Below are positions 25,691 through 38,549 of a stretch of 64,000 nucleotides of DNA, piece after piece; position 1 is the stretch's first letter, and each line of letters opens with the position of its first letter. Below the pieces are notes generated by a model. It did not search any database, was not told the origin of the DNA, and was given only the letters and a program-made list of their open reading frames with translations. The stretch comes from Azolla caroliniana (Eukaryota; Plantae; Polypodiophyta): positions 10,850,001 to 10,914,000 of the forward strand of contig JBHGNT010000007.1 in NCBI GenBank assembly GCA_043228905.1, written 5' to 3'. Made by a program: the position numbers and the translations under genes.

Positions 25691-28600
25691 GTTGCGTGTG
25701 TCTTGTGATAAGGGAGCGTTCAGGCTTGCCCATGCACGTCTCCTTTCACAAAGGCAGTCGAAAATTTGTCTCTCGTGTGTAAATCTTGCTTGCATGCTTG
25801 TGTGTCTTGTGACAAGGGAGTGTTTGGGCTTGCCCATGCACCTCTCCTTTCACAAAGGCAGTTGAAAATTTGTCTCCATGTGTGTATGTAAGCCTTTTCC
25901 TTGTGTGTCCGTGTGTAAGCCTTCCTCTCATGCACCTTGTGACTAGGGGTTGATTTGGGCTTCCCCGTGCACCTCCCCTTTTCACGAACACGTTTGAATA
26001 TTCTTGCCTTCCTTGTGTTGTGCATGTGAGCCCTAGTTCATTCTAGTCCATAACCCCGACGGTTCCGCCTCACGATCCGCACATAGTGACGGATGTTTAC
26101 GACATAATTGAGTGGTGAACCCAAAGTGCAGAGGCGGTAGGAAGGATTGAAGTGCTTGACGTACAAGGTTAGAAGATGGCTTCTTGGACAAAAACCCAAG
26201 CTGACGAAGTGGTGAAGTTGGTGGTTATTGTCGAGCATATGATGAGAGCTCGAGATAATGATGCACACTTAGGCAAGGCCATCGACCGAACCATTGAGAT
26301 AGAGGGCCAATTTGGTGGAAGAAACATTAGGGATTTTCTCGCGACATACAAGACGGAGATGCAACAACGAGATGTCATCGAATAGAAACAAATACCAAGC
26401 TTCAAGAGTGTTGTGGCAATTGGGTTACAAGGCTGTATAAGGGAGATTCAAGCTGGCCAAATCACATGGGTGGGATTTGAGAGGGAACTTTTGGCTGAAT
26501 ATATGCTTGAAGATGCATCGAGGATGACTTGTCATACATTGATGAAGTGGATTGAGAAGAAGGGGAGGAACATGACACATCGGGAGTGTACACCGAATTT
26601 GACCAAATGTACAACGTCTCCCGAGAATTGACCAAACACTTCTTGAAGGAGATAAAGTTTTATACTTCTTAAAGGCAGTGGATACAAAAGATAGGCGAGA
26701 ACTAGGTAATCTATTAGAGGACGAAGCACAACCCAACGGTCTCATAACGGATTGGGTTGCGGTAAGAAGAGCATGTGATCAATTCAACAAGAGTTGTCGA
26801 TGGCTAGATGATTTCAACATGGCGGGGCCGGTAGTCCAAAGAAGGAAAGCTCCAATAGGAACTGAGATGACAAAACAAAATGAGCCGACCGAAAGAGTGA
26901 TGTAGAACTCTGTCGTTGAAGAGTTGGCTAGAAAATTCGAAGCAGTTTCGTTAGCTAATATGAGTCATTGAGGGTGAAGGGGAACGACCCATATAGATGT
27001 GTGTAGTGTGATAGTATGGATCATGCAAGGAAAGATTTTTCTAGCCTTCAAGAAGCAATTCAACAAAACCTCGTCTACATGGAAGGCAACATTATACACT
27101 TAAGTGAGACTCACAAGCCCTTGCGAGTGAATTTCGGTAGAGGTGGTCTCAAGAAAATCATGGATGAGGCCGATGCGAGCCGCGTTAAAGCTATACACTA
27201 TGCCATATCCGCCGGTATAAGAATCGGGAAGGAGGAGCATGGGATGATTAAATTGGGAACAGGGTTTTGGTTGGCCGTCCTCGAATACAAAAATAAAGGG
27301 AAGATTAATTCGGATGATGCAAAGCTAACCAGCCTTAATATACGAGAACTTACCGGGTGGGGAGATCCAGTTGATAACAATACAATCTCTACAGAGTTCA
27401 TATGCAAAAACCACGAAGTATTCATGGATGAGAAGTGGAGAAGGACGGATCTAGAAGAAGGCCCTTCCAAGAAACCTGACACAAGGAGCGCTAAGAAGAA
27501 GGAAGAGGTAATCAAGACCGTACGTCAAGAAGATGGAAGCTCAAACAAGAGAGTCGAACAACCGACTCAGCCATTTGAAGAGAATGCCAAGAAGGGGAAG
27601 GATAGATCGATGCCAACATACAAATTGAGGTCGTATATTGAACAAACAACAAACTTAAGGAAGGTTCTTGAAGAAAGAGTGTTGGATAGCTATATTGACC
27701 TTACGTTGAGAGAATTGCTTGGAATTGCAAAGACAGAGTTCCATGAGACCATCTTCGATCTTATCAAACGAAAAAGGAAACAAGAGGATGAGGAAGAGGG
27801 AATTTAGACAAAGGTGATAACCAATGCCATAACTATGGCAAGAACGAAAGAGAAAGAAGAAGATCTCGTGGATAGTCATTATACGTGACCTCATTGGGCG
27901 AGAGCGACAACAGAAACTCTGGTGAAGAAATTGGAGAGAAGAAAGAGACAGTTGTGGCGTTAAATATAGACCATGGATCGGAGATTAATCTCATGTCAAT
28001 GGATTTCTACAAGAAGGGAAGATGGCCTATCAACATAAACCATGGATGGAATGTTCGTGTGGTGATGAAGACAACGGAAGATCTTTATGGAGCATGTCCC
28101 AACATTCAAGTCACAATTGGGGATGTAGAGATCGACCAACACTTCTTTGTGCAAGATTCAACTTCCTATTCGGTGATTCCTGGGCAACCCTACATACCAT
28201 CATCAAGGATGGAGACTAAGGTGTTGTGGAGCGGCACTCGCTCGGGTCAAGAGTCTTGATGGTTGAAAGTTGGTTCAATTCTTGATGGTGCGAGCTAATC
28301 ATGAGAGGAATCGAGATAGCCTCGGAGATGAGGCCTCAGATTTTTAACACGGACTATTGAAGAATGGGGCAAAGATAGTTCGAGAAAAGGTAAGTCGCCG
28401 AAAAAAAGAAGAAATCAAGAAGGAAAAATATATTTAGCACCTAATGGTGTGTGTGGGATGACTACACTCAATGAGAGAGAGAAGTGCCAAGTTCAAAACT
28501 TTGAACATTGGTTAAAAGAACAAGACAACATATCATGGGTCATGGAGGAAGCCTCATTTAACGATACAATCATAGAAATAGAGAGTATCGTGGACTTGAG

Positions 28601-31500
28601 CCCTCATGAACAACATATTATTCAACTCAACTACATCAACATGTATACTGCCATCGAGGAATGCCAATGAGGGGTTATGGCGGAGTTAGTCAAAGTAAAT
28701 ACAAAATATAAAATAGTAGATAAGAAGGTCAAGCTGGTAGTGCTATTCTGTTACCAGAGGATAGTTGGCAATGGATGAAGGAAGTTACCAAGGACCCCAG
28801 TCTAAGAGACCCAAAAGGGATAGGCCATACCTTCATTGACGAATCAAGAGGGAAACTCCAAGTCAGGAAGGATGACTTCCTTCTCCCCGAAGAAGAAGAA
28901 AGGTTTTGGATTATTCTTGAGAGACATGGGAAAGCTTTCGCCTTCTCTCTAAAAGAAATTGGATGTGTCGACCCAAAGATAATAGAGCCGATGGTGATAT
29001 TTACGGTACCGCATGTACCCTGGAACCTCAAGCCGATATCGGTTCCAGGAGCTCACATTCTGATGTTGATTGAGCTTCTAAAGGAAAAGGTTAGGATGGA
29101 AATTCTTGAGCCGTCGAATGCTCCCTACTCCAATAGATGGTTTATGGTGCCGAAGAAGAATGGGTCCTTACGCTTTATTCAAGATCTCCAACCCGTCAAC
29201 CGTAAGGTGACAATCCGAAATGTCAGAATTGGTCCAAGTGTGGATGAAGTTAACAAAGCCTTCGCGGGAAGATCAACATATTCCATTGGTGAACTCTACT
29301 CAGGCTATGATCAATTTCAATTGGTGATCAATAGTAGAGACATTATAACAATGAGGATGCCAATCGGGCTGGTAAGGATGTGCACCTTACCCCAAGGCGT
29401 GATGAACTCCGTAGCCCACATGATGAATGCCATTAACAGAGTGTTGAGGGATTGTATTCCTGATATCACAATGCCTTTCTTATATCATATTCCAATCAAA
29501 GGATCCTTGGTGGAAGAGAAAGATGAAGAAGGTTGCCGAAGATTCATCGTCGATCATATAAAGGATAGCGAGAAGGTGTTACAAAGACTCGAGGATGCAA
29601 ATCTCACATTTTCGGGAGTGACGTTTGCATTTGATCAACAAAAAATATTGGTACTAGGACACTTATGTGGATCTTATGGCCGGAAGCCATCTCCATCCAA
29701 GGTGAACGCTATCCAAGAGATGAAAGAGGAATATGAGTCCCAAATAGAGGTGACAAGATTCTTGAGAGCATGTGCATTCTATCACATATGGATTCCGCAC
29801 TAGACCCATGTCGTTGAACCATTGTATGGACTACTAAAGAAAAGAAAGAAGTTTGAATGGGAAAACAAGCATACATACTCAGTTCAAAAATTGAAGAAAC
29901 TATTATTGGAAGCCCTAGCACTGCGTAAACCCGAGTATACCGAAGGTACCCCAATATATGTGATAGTGGACATGAGCCCAACCGGGATTGGAGGGGTGAT
30001 TAACCAAGAAGACAAAGACAAGAATCGATATGCAATCCGATTTGGTGCAAAGGTGTTGAGCGAAAGACAAAGGAAGTATACTCAAGTAAAGAGAGAACTA
30101 TGCGGGATAGTATCTGCGATTAAAATAGATCATGACTACCTCATCGGAACAGAAGTCATAATCGAAACTTATTGTCTACCTATTCTCGGGATGATATCTG
30201 GTTGTGCTACACTAGATATTCCTATGCTATGATGGATTTCCTATTTCAAGTCCCTCAACTTAGAGATTCGACACATAACTAGAAAGCATAATGTGGTGGC
30301 CGATATGTTGTCAAGGGCAAGGTACGAGGGTGAAGAAAATTCACGCTCCGACGATGAGGATGTTGGCCTAAATTTTTTTACGATTTCTTGTGCTTGGTGC
30401 TAGTGATGTTCAAAGGATGAATCATGGTCAAAGGAAAACTTCTACCGAATTAGGAAGAAGGACCACAAATTCTTCTTCAAATAAGGACATCTATGGAATT
30501 TTCCAAAGAGGAAGAATGGAACTCCGCTTTGAGTGGTGTGCAAGAAACAAGATCAACAAACATTAATTGCTGAATTTCATTATAGTGTGTGGGCAGGTCA
30601 TCGAGGATATGGGCAACTTTTGCAAAGCTCAAGGAGAAGTATTGGTGGTCGGGTGTTTACAAAGATGTAGCAAGTTATGTTGAAACATGTGCACAATGCC
30701 AATTATACTTGAATGTTCAACATAGGGATGAACTTCATCTGATATATCCATTATCAATGCACTATAAGTGGTTGGTAGACATAGTGGTATGCCAATGGGA
30801 TTGTGGCAAATGAGATACCTCGTGCTAACAAGAGAGGATCTCACCAACAAAGTAGAAGGCCGGGCACTAAGGAATAAAACAACTTTGGCGGTTTGCAAGT
30901 TTTTCCTTGAAGATGTTATTTGTTGGTACAGATGTGTTGGCAAAATAGTAGCCGATAGGGGAGAATTAGATGCAAATGAAGCTAAAGAGTTCTTTTCAAG
31001 GATAGGCATTAAATTATCACTCACTATGGCATACAACCCGGAGGCAAATGGAAAGGTGGAGCAAGGACATAGTCTGATTGTAAAAGCTCTAGAAAAGGCT
31101 TGTCATGGAAAGATGGGGGACTGGCCACGATTATTATCATATGCATTGTGGGATGATAGAACTACATATATCACAACTACAGGATATATGCTGGTTGAGC
31201 TCATATTAGGGCAAAAAACCAATAATGCTTATCGAGCAAACTGTTACTTCATGGACGTCTTTGCCATGGCAAGAGAAAATGAGTTGAGAAGACTTACTAG
31301 CCACAAGGATTCAACAATTAGAATGAAGGCCCGAAGATGTCGAGTTGGCAATAGAATGGTTGCGCTAGGCTCGATTGGGGAAAAGGAGAATTTTGATAAA
31401 AAGCATCGTCTTCGTCAAAGAAAATTGAAGAAGGAGATTGGGTACTTGTCTATGATAGTAGCCTTGATAATCAACATAGCACTGCTCGAAAGTTTGTGAA
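25691..31500 (+). mobile_element. Degenerate Ty3/gypsy element: partial 5' LTR to 26104, PBS at 26113, gag-PR-RT-RH-INT, 3' end missing
   Basis: IDHGSEINLM (protease), VPKKNGSLRFIQDLQPVN, YSGYDQF, LPQG, RH VDMSPTGIGG/KRELCGI, INT REDLTNKVEGRAL/ADRGE/YNPEANGKVEQGH in gypsy order; the LTR end and PBS match the 34130 element. Confidence 0.92.
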
Positions 31501-34500
31501 TTAATGGTTTGACCCAGTGCACAAAGGCCAACATTGGGTGCGTAAACAGGTGTGTAACCCATTGCGTAGACTGGGTGCGTAAAACCGTACACACAAAGGC
31601 TATAACGGTGCATAAGCCGAGAGGCCGTTAGAGCATTATTCCTCGTAAGGAATATATTTTGGGAGTTAGTGTAGGGGCTCATTGATGAGCATTGAAGTAC
31701 GATTTAGTACTTCTGTATGTTCGTAAGGACATGCATAAAAAACGCTGATTGAGTGCATCCTATGTATATAGCATTGTTATTTTGAATCTGAGTTTAGTGT
31801 TCTCTCTCTCTGTCTCTCTTGTATACGTTGTGTCTTTAAGCTCTCCATTGAACCTTCTTGTGTTCATTTGTGTTACCTGGTTGTGTCTGTTACGCTTCCG
31901 CACACACTATTCTTTTACATGGTATCAGAGCGCGAGGGTTGAAGTCCTCTGCTGCCGACAAATAGAAAAACCCTAATCACTGTTAAGAACTGAAGAGGAT
32001 CAAGAATGGATAGAGGAATGGCTAGCTCGCTTCCGACGAAGAAGCTCGACAGAAGCAACTATGCATCTTGGTCGTACAAGATGCATCAGTACCTGCTCGG
32101 GCATGGCTATTGGAGTTATGTCGATGGAGCTAACTACACAACACCCGAATCGACACATAGAGACTTCCCAACCTGGGAACACACGGCAAGCAGAGTTCTA
32201 TACTGCCTTGCGTCTTGTGTGACCGACCAGTTGTTGAGCTACATTCGGGATGCCAAGACGCCAAAGGATGTGTGGGCGAATCTCAAGAGGATTTTCGCCA
32301 CGAGCACAATGGCCAAGAAGCTGCAGCTCAGACAGGAGCTCAGCAATTCCCGACCGAAAGATTTGTCTATGGTAGATTACACAGCTAGAATCAAGCAAAT
32401 TTTCAATTCTCTCGCCTCCGTCAACGTGAACAGCGGTATGCACAAGGGAGAATATGCCATCGTTCTTTGAGCTTCAATTGATGTTGCTCGCAGAGGAAAA
32501 TTACACGGGTGTGTTGACGAGTACACACGCCGACAACAAAATGTTGTACACAGAGAAAGATAGGCCCCGTGCTCGTGGCGGACGTGGTAGATCGGTGGGC
32601 AATGGAGGCAGCCAAAAAGATTAGAACGTGCCCTCCGGAAGTAGGGGGAGTCATGGTGGCACCAGAAACCGGCAAGAGAAGGCCACGGCAATGGTAGGTA
32701 CTATGGCAAGAAAGGCCATAGGGAGAGTGAGTGCTGGAAGAAACGAGTTGATTCCGACAATGTTGGATCGAGCCGAAGAGACGGAGAGAGGCGTCAAAGG
32801 TCGCACTAAGCAGAAGGCTCCGAACGAGCCATAAATGGATCGGGCCCAGCCTTCATAATAAAGCACAAGGCTAATTCAATGCTCATGAACACCTCGAGGG
32901 CAAAAGGAGTACTTCTCCAACTAGTTCGCGAGTTATCTATAGAAGGAGGGAATTCACTGTGAATTCTCGCGTAGATACACGCCGCAACAGAACGGCGTGG
33001 CCTAGCGAAAGAATCAGACAATCGAAGAGGCGGCAAGGGCGATGCTTGAAGAGAAGCATCTATCGAAGTTCTATTGGGCTAAAGCCATAAGGACAATTGT
33101 TTACTTGCCGAATAGGACTTCTGCCAATGGAGGATTGTCGCCACATGAGCTGTACTTCGGCAAGAAGCCGAACTTGGCACACTTGAGGGTTTTCGGTAGC
33201 ATCGCATATGTGCATGTGCCGAAGGAGAAACAGAGGAAGCTAGACGCCAAAGTCGAGAAGTGTATCTTGGTTGGCTACTCGGACAAACAGAAGGGTTATA
33301 AGTGTTATAACCCCTGAACCAAACAAGCTCGCATAAGTCATGACGATGTGTTCGACGACTCCGCGTCGTGGTACTTGCCTTCGACTCCATTCCAAATTCT
33401 GAAGAAGAGGTCAGCGAGGTTGAGATGCCTTCGCGTGATGAGGAAATCGGAGCTCTGGGAGAGTGTTTGATCTCATTTCGGCTAAGTGGGCCGAGTCAGG
33501 GGTTGAGCCGAGATGGTTAGGCGTGTGAAGAGCCGGCAAGTAGTGGAGACTCGACCGTGTTGTCCCCGCATAAGGAACCGAGGAGACAGTTTACGCGTAG
33601 AGAGAAGGGGAAGAAGAAGATGTCAGAGTACGAGTTCGGCAATGCCGAGTCAGATCGGAGCAAATATGACTTTGGGGCAATCGAAAAGGAACCTCCGTGG
33701 AAGACGTCAAAGTCATCTGAGAGGGCCGCGAAATCGACTAATCACAAACTACGCCGATCTACCTCCCTAAAGAACCCCGTAAAGAGATACGAGTATGATG
33801 CGTACATGGCGCACCATTATGCGTACATGACACGAGTGGCAGAACTGTGTGAGCTAGAGAGCTATGCATAAGCGGCGGAAGACGCAAACTAGCGTGCCGC
33901 GATGGAGGAAGAGCTGCACGCATTATCAGACAATGAGACTTGGCACCTGGTTGACGCACCGAAGGTTGTGAAGCCGATCGGATGCAGATGGATGTATAAG
34001 CTCAAGTACAATACTGACGGCTTTGTCAACCGCTACAAGGTCGGATTAGTGGCAAAAGGCTACGCGCAGACACACGGCGTGGATTACGACGAGACCTTTG
34101 CGCCGGTCACAAAGATGACCATCGTGCGTTGTCGTAAAGATCCGTCACTAGGTGCGGATCGTCAGGCGGAACCGTCGGGGTTCTGAACCACAAGGATTCG
34201 AAGTTGGTACAAGCTTTAGTGAGGAAGTATTTAAGATAGATTGGGAAAGAGAGAAATTGAGATTAAACGCTTGACTTTAGATTGAGAGAGATTGATTGAA
34301 CTTTTATCTTTAGATTTAAGAAACAAGTTGTACACGATTAATTCGATAACGAATTTTCTTCTTCTTAATTTCATAACCAAAAGAGCCTAACCCTTCTTCT
34401 TTTTCATCCCTTCTTTTATAGATGATCTCATGCATATGATGCATGTGAGGGTACAAGACATGCATAAAATGCATGTTTGCCATTTGGCGCTCATGTATTA

Positions 34501-34592
34501 CATGTGGTGCATGATAACCATATCACTCCTTTTAGCTCTCATGCATGTGAATTTACATGTAAAAGTAAATGATAGAAATATAAATTCAATTA

Positions 34593-34663
34593 AATGTCAT
34601 GGCTTAGTGGTAAGCCTACTGACTCTTAACTAGGAGGTGCAAGGTTCGAATCCTTACTTGCCC
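34593..34663 (+). other. tRNA-derived module within gypsy LTR (second copy 39019-39089, decayed copy ~23360-23420)
   Basis: A box TGGCTTAGTGG (34600-34610), CTCTTAA anticodon-like loop, B box GGTTCGAATCC (34643-34653) in an AAGG/CCTT T-stem; the acceptor stem does not pair, so it is not a functional tRNA. Confidence 0.75.
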
Positions 34664-37600
34664 TCCTTGTATATATATTTGTGATATATATATTTATTTA
34701 TTAATTTCGTTGCCGAATATCGGATGCCGATGCCGATCGGTTCTGTTTTGGTTGGCCAAAACCTTTACGAGTGGTGGCTAGGCCACCTCCACTCTTAGTT
34801 CAAGTTGCCTTGAACTCTCTATACTCCACACGTAGACACAAAGATAATAACTTTTGCTCTACCTTATATATGGTGAGAGCCTTATTCGTCCTGTCTTTGT
34901 GGGATATCTCACAATTTTCTCTTTTTCTTTCGCAACTTCTTACCCACATAAGTTGACACTTAGATGTCTGTTTCTTATGTAGTAAAGTGCATCTCTTCAA
35001 GATCTTCGTCTTTTGTACTAAGATATTAAACTTACTTAGAATTTGTATATTCACTATTATTGTTTTATATGATTGACACTTGATTTCGTACGTCTTATGT
35101 GATTTTCACACCATTGCCGAAAATCTTCACGACATCCACCCCCACCAAACAGCACGTCCTCCGGTACGTGCCAGGAAGAGAGAAAGTGAGATTTCGGCTA
35201 CGGTGATCAATCAGATTGATCCATGTCTTCATTTACATCCGCCCTATTATGTTCATCGTTGAGGTGATCGAGGTCAGGATCCTTGTCTTGTCTTTTCTTG
35301 AAAATCTTTACTCTTTTTCCCACAATGGGTACGGCCAACCTTGATCCGTCTAGCTTCGCAAGGTGGTATGTGGCATTATCGGTGGCACTTGTCACCACAT
35401 ACGGCCCGAACCTTCTTCTTGCGAACTTTCTTGTTGTACTATGTTGATTGTCAAGGTTGTTGTCGTAAACCAAAACCCAATCTCCTTCTTCAATCTTCTT
35501 GGGACGAAGTTGATGCGTGTTGTCGAACCGAACTTTGTTTTTTACTCGGGCTGCCTCCATCATCTTTCGCGCTTTTTCTAGATCTTCAGGTCTTCTTTCA
35601 AGTTGCCTTATCCGCGCTACTAATAACTCTTCTCAGCTCATCTCGTTCTCCCACGGTATCGCTACCCATGAGGCGATCGTCCTTTCGATGGGCATTACTG
35701 GCTTTTGTCCATACATAAGGTCCGTCGGCATATACCCTGTCACTGAGCTGTGTGTCGTTCTATCGGCCCACAAGGCATAGGGTAATAGTCATGGCCAATT
35801 TTTGACTCGACCGTTGCATGCCCGTACGATGGCTTCGACGATAGGTCCATGCCCTCGCTCGATCTTCCCATTCGCTTCCGGATTGTAGGCAGTCATGAGC
35901 GAGAGCTTCACGCCTAGTCGTTCGAAGAGCTCTGTCGCTTCATGTGCATCCAACTCCCCTCAGTCGACCACTATCTTCCCCACACATCTGTATCGGCAAA
36001 CAACCTCTTCAAGTAGAAATTTGCAAACGGCTGAAGTCGTCTTATTTGTCAAGGCTTGTCCTTCCACTTGATTTGTCAAGTCTTCCCTTGCCAGCACTAA
36101 GTACTTCATTTGTCCCACTCCCATTGGCATTGAGACCAGATCCACCATCCATTTGAAGTGTATGGTGAGTGGGTATGTCAGCTATAACTCATCATGATGA
36201 CGTATATTTGAATGTATTTGGCAAGTTTCGCATGTGGTCACGAAATGGAGTACATCTTTGTACATGCTTGGCCACCAGTACTTCTCGTTCAACTTTTTGA
36301 ACATCGCTCGTGTTCCTTTATGACCTACCCAAGCACTCTCGTGGAATTCGGTCATCAGCGTCTCTTGCTCTTCTTTCTTCACCACCACTCGATGTGGTAT
36401 TCCTGTCCTTCTTTTTGGATGTCGCCAAAGGAATCCTCCCTTCAAGAAGTATCGGTAAGCTTTCTTTCAGATTCGTAGGGCCTCCTCCTTTGTTAACGAA
36501 GCATCTGTCGTCAATGTTCTTAGGAATCTACCGATGAGTAACCACTCTCCTTCGTACTCATTTCGTTGAAGGCGTGGAGGGTTTGCGTGTCCTGGTCTTC
36601 CGCCGACAATCGAGCCATCTTGAAGAAGTCAAGGGCGACATCTTCATCTTCCGAAACCATGTCACTTCCATTATCAAATCTTGCCCTCGACAGCATGTCA
36701 GCCATGGCGTTCTTCTTCCCTGCAATGTGACGGATCTCTAGGTTGGTTTAAAGACTTGATGTTGGCGATCCACCATCTCTTCATCGACTTCATCTCTTGC
36801 CATCGTTATGGCATTCGTTTTTGCTTTTTGCAGCTTCTCTTCTTCCTCGTCTGATTGTTTTCTTTTTCTCTTTACAAGGTCCACGATCGTGTCATGGAAC
36901 TCCTTCTTCGTAATGCCAAGCAATTCCCTCAAGGACAAAGTCACGTGGCTATCAAGAACACGTTCTTCGAGAATCTTCTTTAGGTCCGTCATCTGCTCTA
37001 TGTCCGGCCTTAGCTTATAGATAGGCATAACCCTTGTCCTCCGAGCGGGGTCTTAGACACCAACCTTCATGGGTCGTACGGTTTCTTCGACTCGTATGCT
37101 CGGCTCTCCTTTTCGGCTTGATTCTCGTTCCTCCATTTGTAAAGCTCGACTTGTCTCCGCATCTTCCTTCTTTTTGGCGTTCCTTGTTTCATGTCTTTTT
37201 GATGGGCCTTGCTCTTCTATTCTTTTTCTCTTTTCTTCGACGAACACCTTGTGGTTGTCACACATCACCTCCGCGAGTATGGTGTTGTCAGCCACCGGAT
37301 CCGACCATCTGGTTATACTTTGCACACTTCGATCCGCAAGCTCTACTTCGTTCGAAGTGACTTTTCCCTTCTTCTCATATTCGAGAACGACAGTCAAAAA
37401 CTTTGCTCCCGCTCTAGCAGCTTCAGTCTTGTCTTTGCAGACTCTTATTCTGGTCGACACAACATAGTGCATCACATCCACATGAGTCGCATCGGCATCC
37501 TCCATAGATTTCTTCATTCCCCCTCTTCCGAAATTCACCCATAGGGGTCCTCGAGTTTCAGTCGAGCAGATCATGTTGTCCTCTATGTATACGATATTTT

Positions 37601-38531
37601 GTCGGATCGCCTCTCGAAGGCTCGCGCAACCCCTTCTCATGTGGTCCATGCTATCGCACCACACACATCTAAAGAGTTATTTTCCTTTAGGGCCCCGACG
37701 ATTCATGTTGGCTAGCGTGACCTTCTCGAACTTCTTCATTAGCTCTTTGATGATGTCGTCATCAATCTTCTTTTCTTCCATGTTACTTTGTCTTGGCGGC
37801 TCAGCTACCTTCAGCGGTCTTGGTTTCTCCGTGGTAGTCGATCCCGTCAAGTCGGTGTCATCAACCCATTGGCGACGCTTGTCAAGCCTATTGCATGCCC
37901 GCTTCACCACGATCCAGTCCGCTACGAGCCCATTTGCTTGGGTATCGTCTTCGAGAAGAGTCCCCAACTCCCTTCTATCCTCCATGTCCACGGCCTTCAA
38001 GAAGTACAAAGTCTTGTCCTCTTCAAGCAACACTTGGTCCGTGTTGGGGAGATGACTAAACATCTGGTCTAATTCGTTGTACACCCTTGAGGCACTCATC
38101 TTCTTATTATTCTTCTCTATCCACTTCATCAGGGCATGTCGAGTCATCCTCGTTGAGTCTTCAGTCGCGAACTCCGCTAGTATCATTTTCTCAAACTCGG
38201 ACCATGTTGTCTTACCTTCTTGAAGTTTGATGACGCGTCTTTGGACGTTGTTGGCGACAACTCTCTTGAAGCTTGCGATTTGACGTGCTTCGGACACGTC
38301 CCTCTGATTCATCTCATCTATATGTGTCAAGGAACATCGTAACGTTCCTTCCATCAAATTGACCCTCGAGCTCTACGACACGGTCGACGGCCTTCTCCAC
38401 GCTCGCATCATTGTCTCGAGATCTCATCATTTGTTCGACGCTTAGCATCTTCCTTTCGAGCTCTCCCGCTTGGTTGCTTGAGGACGCCATCTCCAAGTAT
38501 TAATCTCGGCTTCATCCTTCCTACCGCTTCT

Positions 38532-38549
38532 TTCACGTCGGGTTCACCA
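38532..38549 (-). other. Primer-binding site complementary to tRNA-Trp 3' end
   Basis: The plus strand reads TTCACGTCGGGTTCACCA, identical (from recall) to the 3' end of plant cytosolic tRNA-Trp plus CCA; a decayed copy TGGTGAACCCAAAGTG is at 26113. Confidence 0.8.

Noticed and set aside
28335-28350. Programmed frameshift signal after the gypsy protease (GATTTTTAA)
   Set aside because: The element is too decayed to establish frames and the heptamer is not canonical.
34593-34663. Functional tRNA-Lys gene
   Set aside because: No acceptor-stem pairing and a weak anticodon stem; kept only as a tRNA-derived LTR module.
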